Below the pieces are notes generated by a model, which was given only the letters and a program-made list of their open reading frames with translations, was not told where the DNA came from and ran no database searches. The position numbers and the translations under genes were made by a program. DNA of 64,000 nt, taken from contig JAZQWJ010000051.1 in assembly GCA_045632285.1 (NCBI GenBank), positions 7,955 through 71,954 on the forward strand, in the 5' to 3' direction. Shown one piece after another: positions 18,482 to 28,223 of this stretch. Positions within the stretch are counted from its first letter, which is position 1, and every line of letters starts with the position of its first letter. The DNA is from Eubacteriales bacterium (GTDB lineage Bacteria > Bacillota > Clostridia > Oscillospirales > CAG-272).

Positions 18482-20554
18482 TTATGCTTCAAATTTTGGC
18501 AGTTCCTCGTCCAAAATGCGCTTGGTGACGGCAAGCTTCCATTCAAGGCTTTGGCGGTGGCCCATATAGTCCATACTGGGCTCAAAGCCGAGCTGAGAGT
18601 TGAAGTCTACAAGAGGGAACGTGGCTTTGACGTTTTCGCACTCGGCTGCAGCAATGGTACGCAGTGCGGCGCAGTGTGCTTGGCGGTCACCCTCGCCGTG
18701 TGCAATGGCCATCTTTTCCTTGTACCAGCGCTTGACGTGGTGGGTGGTGAGAAGGGTGCGCCCCACAAACTCGCAAACGCCCACCGTGCGCTGTGCCTCG
18801 TCGCGCTTGTTCTCGGGCAGGGTAGGCACCAGTGCAAAGAGCATAGCGGCACCCCGCAGCACGCGGTCGGCGCAAACGCCAAGGGCGCGGATCTCGCCGT
18901 CAAGCTGCACGCGTTCGGCCTCGTCGGCAAGGCCCTTTTTCATTTTGTAATGGGGGAAGCAGATGGTGTTGCCGCCGTGAACGGAGCCGGGCACGCGGGG
19001 GAGCTGTATCCCCTCGTCCTCAAACAGCACCAGCGGGTAGGCGGGGCCGATGCGCAAGGGGCCGTATTGGTCGCGGTTGGCGCTGACCATATCGTAAACG
19101 CCGCTGTCGATCAGGACAAAGGCCTCCTTGGCGGAACTCAGGTTTTCAGCCCCCCAATCTCTTGCCAGAACGTCGCTTAAAATACGGTCGCCGTTCGGCT
19201 CCTTTTCGGTAAAATAAGCCTTGGCAATGTCGGTGATAAAGGAGGGGGTAAAGCCGTAGTGATGGCCGTCCATCGAGCCGCAAAGGTCACAAATTTCGTG
19301 ATACGTACGCATTTTTTCAAAACGACGCAGCCAAAGCCCGGGGGTGGGGATGTAGGGCACCACGCCAACGTCCCAGGTCCTTCCCGCGGCGTTGGTCATG
19401 GCGTACAGCGGGATGCCGCGGCGCTTTGCGGCGTGGGCCTCGCTGATGAAATACTTGCCGGGATCGGGGAAGGAGATGGTATAGTCTACCGAGCGGGAGG
19501 GGACGCCCTGCCGCAGCTCGTCCTCAAACATTTCAAAGGTGACCTCAAGGCTCACGTCGGTGGGCAGCTTTTCGATCAGTGCAAGGCGCTCCGCCTCGGG
19601 CTGATAGCCCCAGTTGTAGGTCCAGAAAACAATGTCGGCATCCGCCTTTTCGCGGCGGATCGTCCGCTTGACGATGTCCAGCCATTGGGGAAAGTCGCAG
19701 CAGGGGTACCAGCCGGGGCTGGGCTTATCCTTGATGATCCTGTGTCCGTCGGGGCCGATGTTGTCAAGGCGCAGCATACCCGTGGTGTGGGGATCCTTGC
19801 TGGGGAACTCTACGCTCTCGCCCACAAAGACAATGCCCTTAAAGCCGGGGCATTTGCGGAACAGATTGCCGTAAAGCCCATCGTAAAAGGCCTCGGCCTC
19901 GGGGTCATCGGGGTGCAGGCGGCTTTTCATATAGCTGTAAGCATAAACGTCCAATCCTGCGGCGTTGGCTCTTTCGATCAGGGCGTTGAAATCAAAGGAA
20001 TGGGTGGGAGAGCGATCCACGTCGCAGACAAACACCAAAATGGCGTTGATGCCGCTGTGGGCAATGGCCGCAAGATGCTCGTCGGGGTAGTTGTCCAGCG
20101 CATAGCCCGAATGTACCATACGGCAGCGGAGGATGGGCTCGCGGTCGTGGGTGGCGGGGGTAAGATGGGGCGCTTCCTCTAAATTGCAAAGATCCTCCAG
20201 CAGATAGCTTGCCTGTGCGGTGGCCTTTGCATCGGTGCCGATCAGGCGGATGGTCTTTTCGGTGATCTCCACACGGTAGCAGCCCGTCTTTCCAAGAGTT
20301 GGGTCGATGCCGTAGGAAATGGTGAAATCTCGCCCCGTTTGTGGGGTAATTTGCAAAGAAACGCCCATTGAGGTGGCAAAATAGTCCTGCAGATCGGCGG
20401 CGGTGCGGTCCAAAAGGCCATCGTCGCGAGGGGATATGATGTGCCAAGTGTCGGTGATCTCAATCTGCCCCGCACCAAGGGGCTTTTCTACCCTGCGGTT
20501 CGGGCGGTGCACCTGCAAAAGCCGTTTTTGAAAGTCGTAAAGCTGTTCTGTCAT
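18482..20554 (-). CDS. Large cytoplasmic protein of unknown function, possibly a glycoside-hydrolase-like TIM barrel
   Basis: 690-aa intact ORF with a GGAGG RBS and no signal peptide. Only a weak family impression (alternating beta-strand/helix segment HSGINAILVFV...GLDVYAYSY...IVFVGESVEF). No motif I can name. Confidence 0.4.
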   Translation of the reverse strand: MTEQLYDFQKRLLQVHRPNRRVEKPLGAGQIEITDTWHIISPRDDGLLDRTAADLQDYFATSMGVSLQITPQTGRDFTISYGIDPTLGKTGCYRVEITEKTIRLIGTDAKATAQASYLLEDLCNLEEAPHLTPATHDREPILRCRMVHSGYALDNYPDEHLAAIAHSGINAILVFVCDVDRSPTHSFDFNALIERANAAGLDVYAYSYMKSRLHPDDPEAEAFYDGLYGNLFRKCPGFKGIVFVGESVEFPSKDPHTTGMLRLDNIGPDGHRIIKDKPSPGWYPCCDFPQWLDIVKRTIRREKADADIVFWTYNWGYQPEAERLALIEKLPTDVSLEVTFEMFEDELRQGVPSRSVDYTISFPDPGKYFISEAHAAKRRGIPLYAMTNAAGRTWDVGVVPYIPTPGLWLRRFEKMRTYHEICDLCGSMDGHHYGFTPSFITDIAKAYFTEKEPNGDRILSDVLARDWGAENLSSAKEAFVLIDSGVYDMVSANRDQYGPLRIGPAYPLVLFEDEGIQLPRVPGSVHGGNTICFPHYKMKKGLADEAERVQLDGEIRALGVCADRVLRGAAMLFALVPTLPENKRDEAQRTVGVCEFVGRTLLTTHHVKRWYKEKMAIAHGEGDRQAHCAALRTIAAAECENVKATFPLVDFNSQLGFEPSMDYMGHRQSLEWKLAVTKRILDEELPKFEA

Positions 20555-20558
20555 GGTC

Positions 20559-21365
20559 TTACCTCCTGCTTTGTGTGTGACCGTTTGCTTTTAAGTAATC
20601 CCCGGGGGCGCAGCCGAATTCGGCCTCAAATGCGCGATAAAAGGTGCGCAGTGAGGGAAATCCGCTTTCCAAGGCACATTCCGTAATACTTTTGCGCTCC
20701 TGCATCAGTTCAACGGCGCGGCGCAGACGTACGGTGCCGATATAGCGGCTGATGCCGATGTGAAAGCAGGCGCGAAAGCACTTGGAGAGGTGATTTTGGG
20801 TGTATCCCAGCGCTTGCGCCAGCGTTGCCGTGGAGATATCCTCGCTGTAATGCTCGTGGATGTAAAGCAGTAGCTTGGCGGGCAGGGAGTTGTCTTGGGT
20901 GGGGACCTGAGCGCTTTGCAGAGTCAGGTGGCGCAGCACCGTTCCCAGTATCAGGTGGATGTAGCCGATCTGCTCCAGCGTATTGGCGTCCTCACGCTCC
21001 AGCTCGCCGATGGCGCCGGAGATGCGTGCAATGGCCTCGGCGTCCTTGATCACGGGGGTGCGCACGCTTTGATTGCCGATCCTTTCGGTAAATTCGGGGC
21101 ACAGGTGGGCGGGGATGAACAGATCGGTGCAGCGCACGCTGCCTGCCTCGGCGTAAAAGTGATGGGGGCAATAGCCGGTTACAACCGCCATCTGACCGCC
21201 GCGAAGGGTCAGATGCTCGTCACCGATCCAGACCTCGGCCTCGCCCGCCTCCACCAGCAGCAGCTCGATGGGAGAGTGAAAATGGAGCGGCCCTTCAAGG
21301 CCCCCATAATGCTCGATATGAAATTGTCGCATTCGCTCTCGCTTGATATAAAAGGTGGCTTGCAT
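20559..21365 (-). CDS. AraC family transcriptional regulator (cupin sensor plus HTH)
   Basis: C-terminal AraC HTH (ISTATLAQALGYTQNHLSKCFR...GFPSLRTFYRAFEAEFG). N-terminal cupin-like HFHSPIELLLV. ATG at 21365 is preferred over the TTG at 21377. Stop lies 5 nt before the next gene. Confidence 0.85.
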   Translation of the reverse strand: MQATFYIKRERMRQFHIEHYGGLEGPLHFHSPIELLLVEAGEAEVWIGDEHLTLRGGQMAVVTGYCPHHFYAEAGSVRCTDLFIPAHLCPEFTERIGNQSVRTPVIKDAEAIARISGAIGELEREDANTLEQIGYIHLILGTVLRHLTLQSAQVPTQDNSLPAKLLLYIHEHYSEDISTATLAQALGYTQNHLSKCFRACFHIGISRYIGTVRLRRAVELMQERKSITECALESGFPSLRTFYRAFEAEFGCAPGDYLKANGHTQSRR

Positions 21366-21456
21366 AAAATCCCCCAAAATGACACAAATACGGTGATAAT
21401 TGGCAAGAAAATGTCAATAAAAAGGTTTATACTCATTATAAGGCGATGCGTTGTGA

Positions 21457-22902
21457 ATGTCAACCCCCTTTGCCTGTTTTGCACGAAAGGAGAGCATCTT
21501 GATACCGCAAAACGAACAGCGCCTGTTTTCGCGCAAGGATATCAACAAGATCGTCTGGCCGATCCTTTTTCAAAATTTATTGGGTATCGCCATCGGTATG
21601 ATCGACTCGATGATGGTCTCCAACAAAGGCGAGGACGCCTTTGCGGGCGTTTCGCTTGTCAGCTCGCTGGATACCGTGCTGATCACACTGTTTTCGGCAC
21701 TGACCGCAGGTGGCTCGGTGGTGCTGGCCCAGGCCATGGGGCGCAAGGAGCGGGACTATGCCTGCAATGCCGCCAAGCAGATGCTTTATATCACCACCCT
21801 GACGGCAACGGTCATCTCTGCAGTGGTGCTGCTTTTGCGCACGCCGATCCTACACCTTTTGTTTGGAGAGGCCGAGGAGGGCGTGATGCAAAATGCACTG
21901 GCGTATCTCACCTTTATCGTGATCTCCTTCCCCTTTTTGGCTGTGGAATACAGCGTGGGTGCCACGCTTCGTGCGCAGGGAGACAGCATGACCTCACTAA
22001 AGGTCTCTATGATTATGAACCTGTTAAACATCGGCGGCAACGCGCTTTTGATATACGCGGCGGATCTGGGCGCCGCCGGCGCAGCGATCGCCACGCTGAT
22101 CTCGCGCGTGGTGGGGGCCGTAATCAAGCTGTTTATCATTCATAAAAGCAGCCTGTATATCCACGTGCGGCGGCTGCTGCATTACCGACCCGACGGTGCG
22201 GTGATCAAGGCCATTTTGCGCATTGGTGTGCCAAACGGCATTGAAAATACTATGTTTCAGTTTGGGCGCCTGATGACCTCCAGCCTTGTTTCCTCACTTG
22301 GCACCGTGGCCATTGCCGCAAATGCCGCCGCGCTGTCGCTTGCCAATCTGCAATACAATGCGGGTGGCGCTATTCAGGGCGCTATGGTGGCCGTGGTGGG
22401 GCGGTGCGTGGGGGCAGAGAAGGAGGCACAGACCAAGCACTATACGTGGCATCTGTTGGGGCTTGGCTATGCCATCGTCGGCAGTGCCGCCATTGCGCTT
22501 TGCGTATTTTCTACGCCGCTCTTGGGGCTGTACGGGCTTTCGGGCGGCACCTCGGCACTGGCGCGGCAGCTGCTGCTGTACCACGGCATTTTTTCGGTGT
22601 TCCTGTGGCCTGTCGGATTCTGTCTGCCCAACGCCTTCCGCGCGGCGGGCGACGTGCGCTTTACCATGGTGATCTCTACGCTGTCGATGTGGCTGTTCCG
22701 TGTGGCGCTTGGCTACGTGCTGGCGCTAGAGAGCGTCAGCGTGTTCGGGCTTTTCAATATCCCCGGCCTTGGAATGGGCCTTGCCGGCGTGTGGGTGGCC
22801 ATGACGGTGGACTGGGTCTTTCGATCGGTGCTGTTTTTTCACCGCTTGGTCAGGGGAAGCTGGCTTGCGGTGTTTAAAAGAAAACGAGCCGAAACGGTAT
22901 GA
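21457..22902 (+). CDS. MATE family efflux transporter
   Basis: Twelve-TM-type hydrophobic profile. N-terminal KIVWPILFQNLLG...DSMMV is typical of MATE. The true start may be the TTG at 21499, which has AAGGAG 7 nt upstream. Confidence 0.8.
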   Translation: MSTPFACFARKESILIPQNEQRLFSRKDINKIVWPILFQNLLGIAIGMIDSMMVSNKGEDAFAGVSLVSSLDTVLITLFSALTAGGSVVLAQAMGRKERDYACNAAKQMLYITTLTATVISAVVLLLRTPILHLLFGEAEEGVMQNALAYLTFIVISFPFLAVEYSVGATLRAQGDSMTSLKVSMIMNLLNIGGNALLIYAADLGAAGAAIATLISRVVGAVIKLFIIHKSSLYIHVRRLLHYRPDGAVIKAILRIGVPNGIENTMFQFGRLMTSSLVSSLGTVAIAANAAALSLANLQYNAGGAIQGAMVAVVGRCVGAEKEAQTKHYTWHLLGLGYAIVGSAAIALCVFSTPLLGLYGLSGGTSALARQLLLYHGIFSVFLWPVGFCLPNAFRAAGDVRFTMVISTLSMWLFRVALGYVLALESVSVFGLFNIPGLGMGLAGVWVAMTVDWVFRSVLFFHRLVRGSWLAVFKRKRAETV

Positions 22903-22945
22903 GAAAAAGGCCCCTGCGCCCTGGCGCAGATGCCTTTTTGCGTGC

Positions 22946-23905
22946 TTAAAGATCAGCGAGGAAGTTGAAAATGATGTCGTCCTGACCGCGCAGGTTCTCG
23001 TGCTTGAAGTCGGGGTAGATCTTGATCTCCTTTTCGCAGGTCAGCTTGTTATAGGCGGCAAACTGGCTGGAGGGGGGGCAGATGTTGTCCATCAGACCCG
23101 TGGACCACAGCACCTTGGCGCGGATACGGGGCGCAAGGTTTTGAATGTCGATGTAGCCAAGCTTTGTAAAGATCTCGTCCTCGCGCTCGTGGCGGGGGTC
23201 GTAGTGGCGGAAGAAGGAGCGCAGACCGTCGTAGGCATCCTTGGCCAGATCCATTTCCCACACGCGCTTGTAATCGGAAAGGTAGGGGTGAACGGGGGCG
23301 CAGAGCTTGATGGAGGGCACAAGTGCGGCACAGGCCACGGTCAGCGCACCGCCCTGAGAGCCACCGGTGCAGCCCACGCGGGTCTCGTCCACGTCGTCAC
23401 GCCCCATAATGATACGGGCGAACATAGCAGTATCAAGGAACAGATCGCGGCAGAGCAGATTTTCGGGCTCGCCGTCAAGACCTCTCACAAAGGGGGTCAG
23501 CATCGTGCCCACGGTGGGGACACCCACGTCCTGAGAAAGACCTGCCTGGCCGCGGCAGTCCATCGAGGCTACAACAAAGCCCTGGGAGGCGTAGGCCAGC
23601 AGACCGCGGTAAGAGCCGCCGTCGCCGCCAAGGCCGTGGAACATCAGCACGGCGGGAGCCTTGCCCTTGATGTTTTTGGGAACGGCCACCTTGCCAAAGA
23701 TCACAGCGCCCTTGGTAGAGGTAAAGCGCAGCTCAAAAAGATCGGCACAGGCGGATTTGAAGGGATGAGGCGTGTAAACGGGCCTCGGGTCAATGGCGTT
23801 CATTTCGGCCAAGGACTTCTCCCAAAATTCATTAAAATCGGTGGGGCAGGGGGTGCGGCCCATATACTCTTGCAATTTCGCAAGAGGCATATCAAGTTGT
23901 GGCAT
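22946..23905 (-). CDS. Acetylxylan esterase / cephalosporin-C deacetylase (CE7)
   Basis: 319 aa. GGSQGG nucleophile motif plus MPQLDMPLAKLQEY and HGLGG segments typical of the AXE1/CE7 family. Confidence 0.8.
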   Translation of the reverse strand: MPQLDMPLAKLQEYMGRTPCPTDFNEFWEKSLAEMNAIDPRPVYTPHPFKSACADLFELRFTSTKGAVIFGKVAVPKNIKGKAPAVLMFHGLGGDGGSYRGLLAYASQGFVVASMDCRGQAGLSQDVGVPTVGTMLTPFVRGLDGEPENLLCRDLFLDTAMFARIIMGRDDVDETRVGCTGGSQGGALTVACAALVPSIKLCAPVHPYLSDYKRVWEMDLAKDAYDGLRSFFRHYDPRHEREDEIFTKLGYIDIQNLAPRIRAKVLWSTGLMDNICPPSSQFAAYNKLTCEKEIKIYPDFKHENLRGQDDIIFNFLADL

Positions 23906-23949
23906 GATGTATCTCCTTTTTTAAAATTAGTGCTTTAATGGGGTGAGTT

Positions 23950-25659
23950 TTAATCCTCGATAGCGGCCTTGCGGGTGTTGACGGCGTGGAAGAAGGTCAT
24001 ATCGTCAAACTTCTTTTCACGCTCGTAGGTGTAAAGGCCGTTTTGCTCCTGCTCTACGTCGTACAGCTGGGTGTAGCAGAAGGCAAACATAGTGGGGTTG
24101 TCAAGCAGCGCATCGGTCAGACCCTTGTAGCGATCCTTGAACTCCTGCTCGCTGGTGGGGGCGTTGCCGTAGCCCCAGCCCTCCAGGTTCGACCAGCGGA
24201 TGCCGCCGTACTCCGACATAAACATGGGGATCTTGCAGTCCCACTTCAGGGGCTGGGGGCGCTTGACGTTGGGGTCCCAGACCTCACCGTCCACCAGCTT
24301 ATCCAGCTCGGTCTTGAACAGAGTCACGTCCTGCTTGTAGTTGTGCAGGTCGTAAATGTCGGTCTCGACGTGGAAGTTGCCGCTGGTATCGATCACGGGA
24401 CGGGTCTTGTCCAGCGCCTTGGTCATACGGTAGGCAGTGGCGATCACGTCGTCACACTGACGCTTGCCGGTCTGCTTGCTGTCCCAGGTCTCGTTGAAGG
24501 GGCACCAGCCAACGATGGCGGGGTGGTTGTAGTCACGGGCGATCTCCTCGGCCCACTCAGGCATAAAGGAGAGGACAGAGGCGGGATCGGTGTGATCCAG
24601 ACCCCAGTTGGGGAACTCGCCCCAAACGATGTAGCCAAGACGGTCGGCGTGATAGAGGAACAGGGGCTCGAAGATCTTTTGATGCAGACGGGCGCCGTTA
24701 AAGCCTGCTGCCAGCGAGATCTCGATGTCATTGATCAGCGCCTGCTCGTCCTTTGCGGTGTAGATGCCGTCAGGGTACAGACCTTGATCCAGCACCAAGC
24801 GCTGGTAGACCGACTTGCCGTTGATCAAGACCTTGCGGCCGTCGATGCGCACCTCGCGCATACCAAAGTAGGTGTGGACCTTGTCGCCGGCAAACTCCAG
24901 CTCAAGGTCGTACAGGCGGCCGTTGCCCACCTCCCAGAGGTGTAGCTCCTTCAGCTTCATCGAAAGGGTAACGGTGTTTCCACCGGTAAATCTTGCACCG
25001 TTTGCCATGTAATTGCCCTTGTAGGTGGCGGTGGCGTTCAGCACGCCCTCGCCCACAACGTCGGCCTCAACGATCACGTAGCCGTTGACGATGTCGGGGG
25101 TGATGCGGAAATTTTTGATATAATCCTTTGGCACAAACTCCATCCAGACCGTCTGCCAGATGCCCGTGGAGCGGGTGTAGTAGCAGCCCTTGGAGAAGGT
25201 GACCATGCTCTGCTTGCCCGAGGGGATCATGGGGTCCTTGGTGTTGTCGCGGGCGTGGACCACAAGGGTGTTCTTGCCTGCGGTCACGTAGTCGGTGATG
25301 TCAAGGCAGAAGGAGATAAAGCCACCCTTGTGGGTGCCTGCCTTCTTGCCGTTCACGTAGATGTTTGCCTCGTAGTCAACGGCGCCGAAATGCAGCAAAA
25401 CGCGACCCGTCAGGGCACTTTCGGGGATATCGATCTCGCGTGCGTACCAGCAGGCGTTGATGAAATCGGTGTGGCCGATGCCGGAGAGGGCGGACTCGGG
25501 GCAGAAGGGCACCTCGATGCTGCCGTCAAAGGACGTGCGCTCGAAATACTTTTTCTCTGCGCCGTTGTCCTCCTTGTCCATTTGGAAGGACCAGGTGCCG
25601 TTCAGGTTCACCCAGTTGTCGCGGCGAAACTGCGGGTTCGGAAATTCGGGACGAAACAT
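23950..25659 (-). CDS. Glycoside hydrolase family 2 protein
   Basis: GH2 sugar-binding N-domain (WYAREIDIP...LHFGAVDYEANIYVNGK). Catalytic-region motifs CPFNETW and MSEYGG. GGAGGT RBS before the ATG at 25659. Confidence 0.8.
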   Translation of the reverse strand: MFRPEFPNPQFRRDNWVNLNGTWSFQMDKEDNGAEKKYFERTSFDGSIEVPFCPESALSGIGHTDFINACWYAREIDIPESALTGRVLLHFGAVDYEANIYVNGKKAGTHKGGFISFCLDITDYVTAGKNTLVVHARDNTKDPMIPSGKQSMVTFSKGCYYTRSTGIWQTVWMEFVPKDYIKNFRITPDIVNGYVIVEADVVGEGVLNATATYKGNYMANGARFTGGNTVTLSMKLKELHLWEVGNGRLYDLELEFAGDKVHTYFGMREVRIDGRKVLINGKSVYQRLVLDQGLYPDGIYTAKDEQALINDIEISLAAGFNGARLHQKIFEPLFLYHADRLGYIVWGEFPNWGLDHTDPASVLSFMPEWAEEIARDYNHPAIVGWCPFNETWDSKQTGKRQCDDVIATAYRMTKALDKTRPVIDTSGNFHVETDIYDLHNYKQDVTLFKTELDKLVDGEVWDPNVKRPQPLKWDCKIPMFMSEYGGIRWSNLEGWGYGNAPTSEQEFKDRYKGLTDALLDNPTMFAFCYTQLYDVEQEQNGLYTYEREKKFDDMTFFHAVNTRKAAIED

Positions 25660-25686
25660 AGTGTGTACCTCCAATATATGATTGTG

Positions 25687-26256
25687 TTATTTTTTCTCTA
25701 CAACGAAGAAGAAGGGGGATGCGGGGGAGTTGACGATGCGGATCAGGGTGCAGCAGATGGCGTGGCGGTCAAGGGTGGAGAAGTAATCCTGCACCATCTT
25801 GCCCTCGGCATCACCCTCGGCGTGGCCGGGATAGACGGCCACCAGCAGGATGCCGCCGTGGTCCAGCAGCTCCACAGCCGCCTCAATGGCGGGCATAGTG
25901 GTCTCGCGCATGGTGGTGATCTTTTTATCGCTGCCGGGGAGATAGCCAAGGTTGAACATACCCGCCTTGATGGGGCCCTCTACGTACTTTTTTACGTTGT
26001 GGTGCGAGTCCAGGATCAGGGTGTAATTCTGCTCGCAGCCCGCCTTTTCCAGATTAGCGGCGGTAGAGGACACGGCCTGCTCTTGTACGTCAAACGCATA
26101 TACGTGTCCGTCTTTTCCCACCGTTTTAGACAAAAACTCGGTGTCGTGTCCGTTGCCCATGGTAAAGTCAACGGCAGTGTCGCCCTCGCCCAGATGGTTT
26201 AAAATGAATTGCTTTTGCAGCTGCAAAAGGTCGATCATGCTACCGTATTTGCTCAT
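25687..26256 (-). CDS. mnmM: Class I SAM-dependent methyltransferase, YtqB/MnmM-like (tRNA mnm5s2U34 methyltransferase family)
   Basis: 189 aa. Collinear with B. subtilis YtqB as I remember it (DxTMGNGHDT, GHVYAFDxQE, FNLGYLPGxDK, VYxGHxEG). Its ATG overlaps the upstream gene's stop by 4 nt. Confidence 0.65.
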   Translation of the reverse strand: MSKYGSMIDLLQLQKQFILNHLGEGDTAVDFTMGNGHDTEFLSKTVGKDGHVYAFDVQEQAVSSTAANLEKAGCEQNYTLILDSHHNVKKYVEGPIKAGMFNLGYLPGSDKKITTMRETTMPAIEAAVELLDHGGILLVAVYPGHAEGDAEGKMVQDYFSTLDRHAICCTLIRIVNSPASPFFFVVEKK

Positions 26257-27221
26257 TTCTTCAGCAGCCTTTCAAAGTGGGGCAGCAGGTTATCTGCATA
26301 GAACTGGAAGCCGAAGGCATTGGGGTGCAGACGGCGGTCGGCGTATACGTCGGGGATGTGGGGGGTCAGCTCCATACCGTCTACCACGTCGATGTCAAAG
26401 TGGGCGGCGGCCTCGCGGATGATGGTGCGCATATCCTCAAAGCTGCCAACGGCGGTGATGCGGTTCATGTCGCCTCGCCACAGGGGCAGGATCTGCACGA
26501 TGGGAATGCTCGGGTACTTGTCGCGCAGGCGGGCCAAATGGCCGTTGCAGCAGCCCACAAGGCGGCCCCTTGTGGTGCCGGACCAGTCGTTGGTGCCGTA
26601 GGCCACGGATACAAGATCGGGTGCAAAGTCCAGCTGATCGTCAACGGCGCGGGGGTTAAAGCGTTCGCCGCCGATGCCCTGATTGACCACCTCGGCATCC
26701 AGCGCACGCGCCACCTGATGGGCATAGGTCATCGAGGCGTAGGTAGAGGTCGAACCGTGGGTGATGGAGTCACCGATAAAGAGAATGCGGTGCTTGGGTG
26801 CTGCGGCCTCCTTGAAGATGGAGCCCTCTTTCAGCGTTACGTCGCAGATCTGACCTGCGCTGTGATGGGGGAAGTAGATGGTTACGGTCTTCTCGCCTGC
26901 GGGGAGCTTGACCTCCATACGGCCGCGACCTGCGCCGCAGCCCGTGTGGGCGTACATCACGCCGTCGGCCCACACGTCAAAGCTGTGGTCGCCGCCTGCG
27001 GGGGTGGAGATCCAGGAAAAGCCGAGGCTCTTGGAATCGGTGACGAATTTACAAACGATGCCCGAGGTGTGGAACATAGCGCCGTGAAAGCGATCGCCTT
27101 CGGGATAAATATGCTCACGTACGTATTTGCCGTAGCGGTACAGCACAAGGAGGCCGTCGCGCTCGGTGATCTCGGCAGCGCCCCGGATGGTGGAGCGCAG
27201 CTGCTCGTTATTCAAAATCAT
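26253..27221 (-). CDS. SGNH/GDSL hydrolase with N-terminal beta-sandwich domain (CE2-like architecture)
   Basis: FIGDSITHG block I, GTNDW, and the DxxH region (ADRRLHPN). ATG at 27221 with AGGAG 8 nt upstream is preferred over the GTG at 27230. Confidence 0.8.
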   Translation of the reverse strand: MILNNEQLRSTIRGAAEITERDGLLVLYRYGKYVREHIYPEGDRFHGAMFHTSGIVCKFVTDSKSLGFSWISTPAGGDHSFDVWADGVMYAHTGCGAGRGRMEVKLPAGEKTVTIYFPHHSAGQICDVTLKEGSIFKEAAAPKHRILFIGDSITHGSTSTYASMTYAHQVARALDAEVVNQGIGGERFNPRAVDDQLDFAPDLVSVAYGTNDWSGTTRGRLVGCCNGHLARLRDKYPSIPIVQILPLWRGDMNRITAVGSFEDMRTIIREAAAHFDIDVVDGMELTPHIPDVYADRRLHPNAFGFQFYADNLLPHFERLLKK

Positions 27222-27235
27222 ATCGGTCACTCCTT

Positions 27236-28213
27236 TCAGTCAAGATGGGGCTTGATGGCCGCATACAGGGCACTTGCGTAGAACTTAAAGCCATAGTCGT
27301 TGGGGTGCAGATACTTGTCCGCACAGACCTCGGGTAGATGGGGGATCATCTTGGCGCCGTCCACCACAACGATGCCCTCCTGAGCAGAGGCGGCGTCGGC
27401 TACGATCTGCACGCCCTCTGTAAAGCTGCCAACCTTGGTGATGCGGTCGTCGTCGGCGCGCCAGATGGGGGTGATGGCAAAGATCTTGGCCTTGTGATAG
27501 GTCGTGCGGAGCTTTGCGTAAAACTCGTTGGCGCACTGCACCGTACGCTCACGCTCCTGACCGCTCCAGTCGTTGGTGCCGTAGGCCACGGTGATGATAT
27601 CGGGGGCGAAATCCATATCGGGGTCGATCAGCGCGGGGCGGAAGATCTCGCCACCGATGCCTTGATCCACCATCTCGGCATCCAACTTGTCAGCAAGGAG
27701 ATTGGCGTAGGTCTGAGAAGAATATTTGGCATCGTAGCCCTGGGTGATGGAGTCACCGAAGCAGAGCAGACGGCGACTTTTTTCAATGGGCTGCAGGGTA
27801 GCGCCGTCGGAGAGGGTGACGTTTGACAGGGTGGCCTTTGCAAGGCAGGGGAGGTACACGGCCACGCGATGCTCGCCCTCGGGGAGCTTGACCGTGACGG
27901 TAGAGGCCGCCTCGCGCAGTCCCTCGTGACCAAAGTGTTGCACCATAATGCCGTCTACGAATACGTCAAAAAAGTAAAAGCGGCGGCTGGAGGCAATGTT
28001 GATGTTGTAGTCAAATGAGAATTTTTCAGCGTCGGTCACAAACTCCAAACGCACGCCCGAGGTGGCGGGGACCTTAACACGGAAATCGTTGATGTCCTCA
28101 TAGAGCTTTGCCTGGTAGTCGGTAAAGCGGTGGAAGGTGAAGATGCCGTTCTCCTCGGTCACCGACAGGGCGCCGTGGGTGACGGAACGGATCTGTTCAA
28201 GCGTCAGTTTCAT
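27236..28213 (-). CDS. SGNH/GDSL hydrolase, paralog of the downstream gene
   Basis: CFGDSITQG, GTNDW, DKYLHPN. Same two-domain layout as 26253-27221, with less than half of positions identical by eye. AAAGGAG RBS before the ATG at 28213. Confidence 0.8.
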   Translation of the reverse strand: MKLTLEQIRSVTHGALSVTEENGIFTFHRFTDYQAKLYEDINDFRVKVPATSGVRLEFVTDAEKFSFDYNINIASSRRFYFFDVFVDGIMVQHFGHEGLREAASTVTVKLPEGEHRVAVYLPCLAKATLSNVTLSDGATLQPIEKSRRLLCFGDSITQGYDAKYSSQTYANLLADKLDAEMVDQGIGGEIFRPALIDPDMDFAPDIITVAYGTNDWSGQERERTVQCANEFYAKLRTTYHKAKIFAITPIWRADDDRITKVGSFTEGVQIVADAASAQEGIVVVDGAKMIPHLPEVCADKYLHPNDYGFKFYASALYAAIKPHLD

Positions 28214-28223
28214 AATATCTCCT

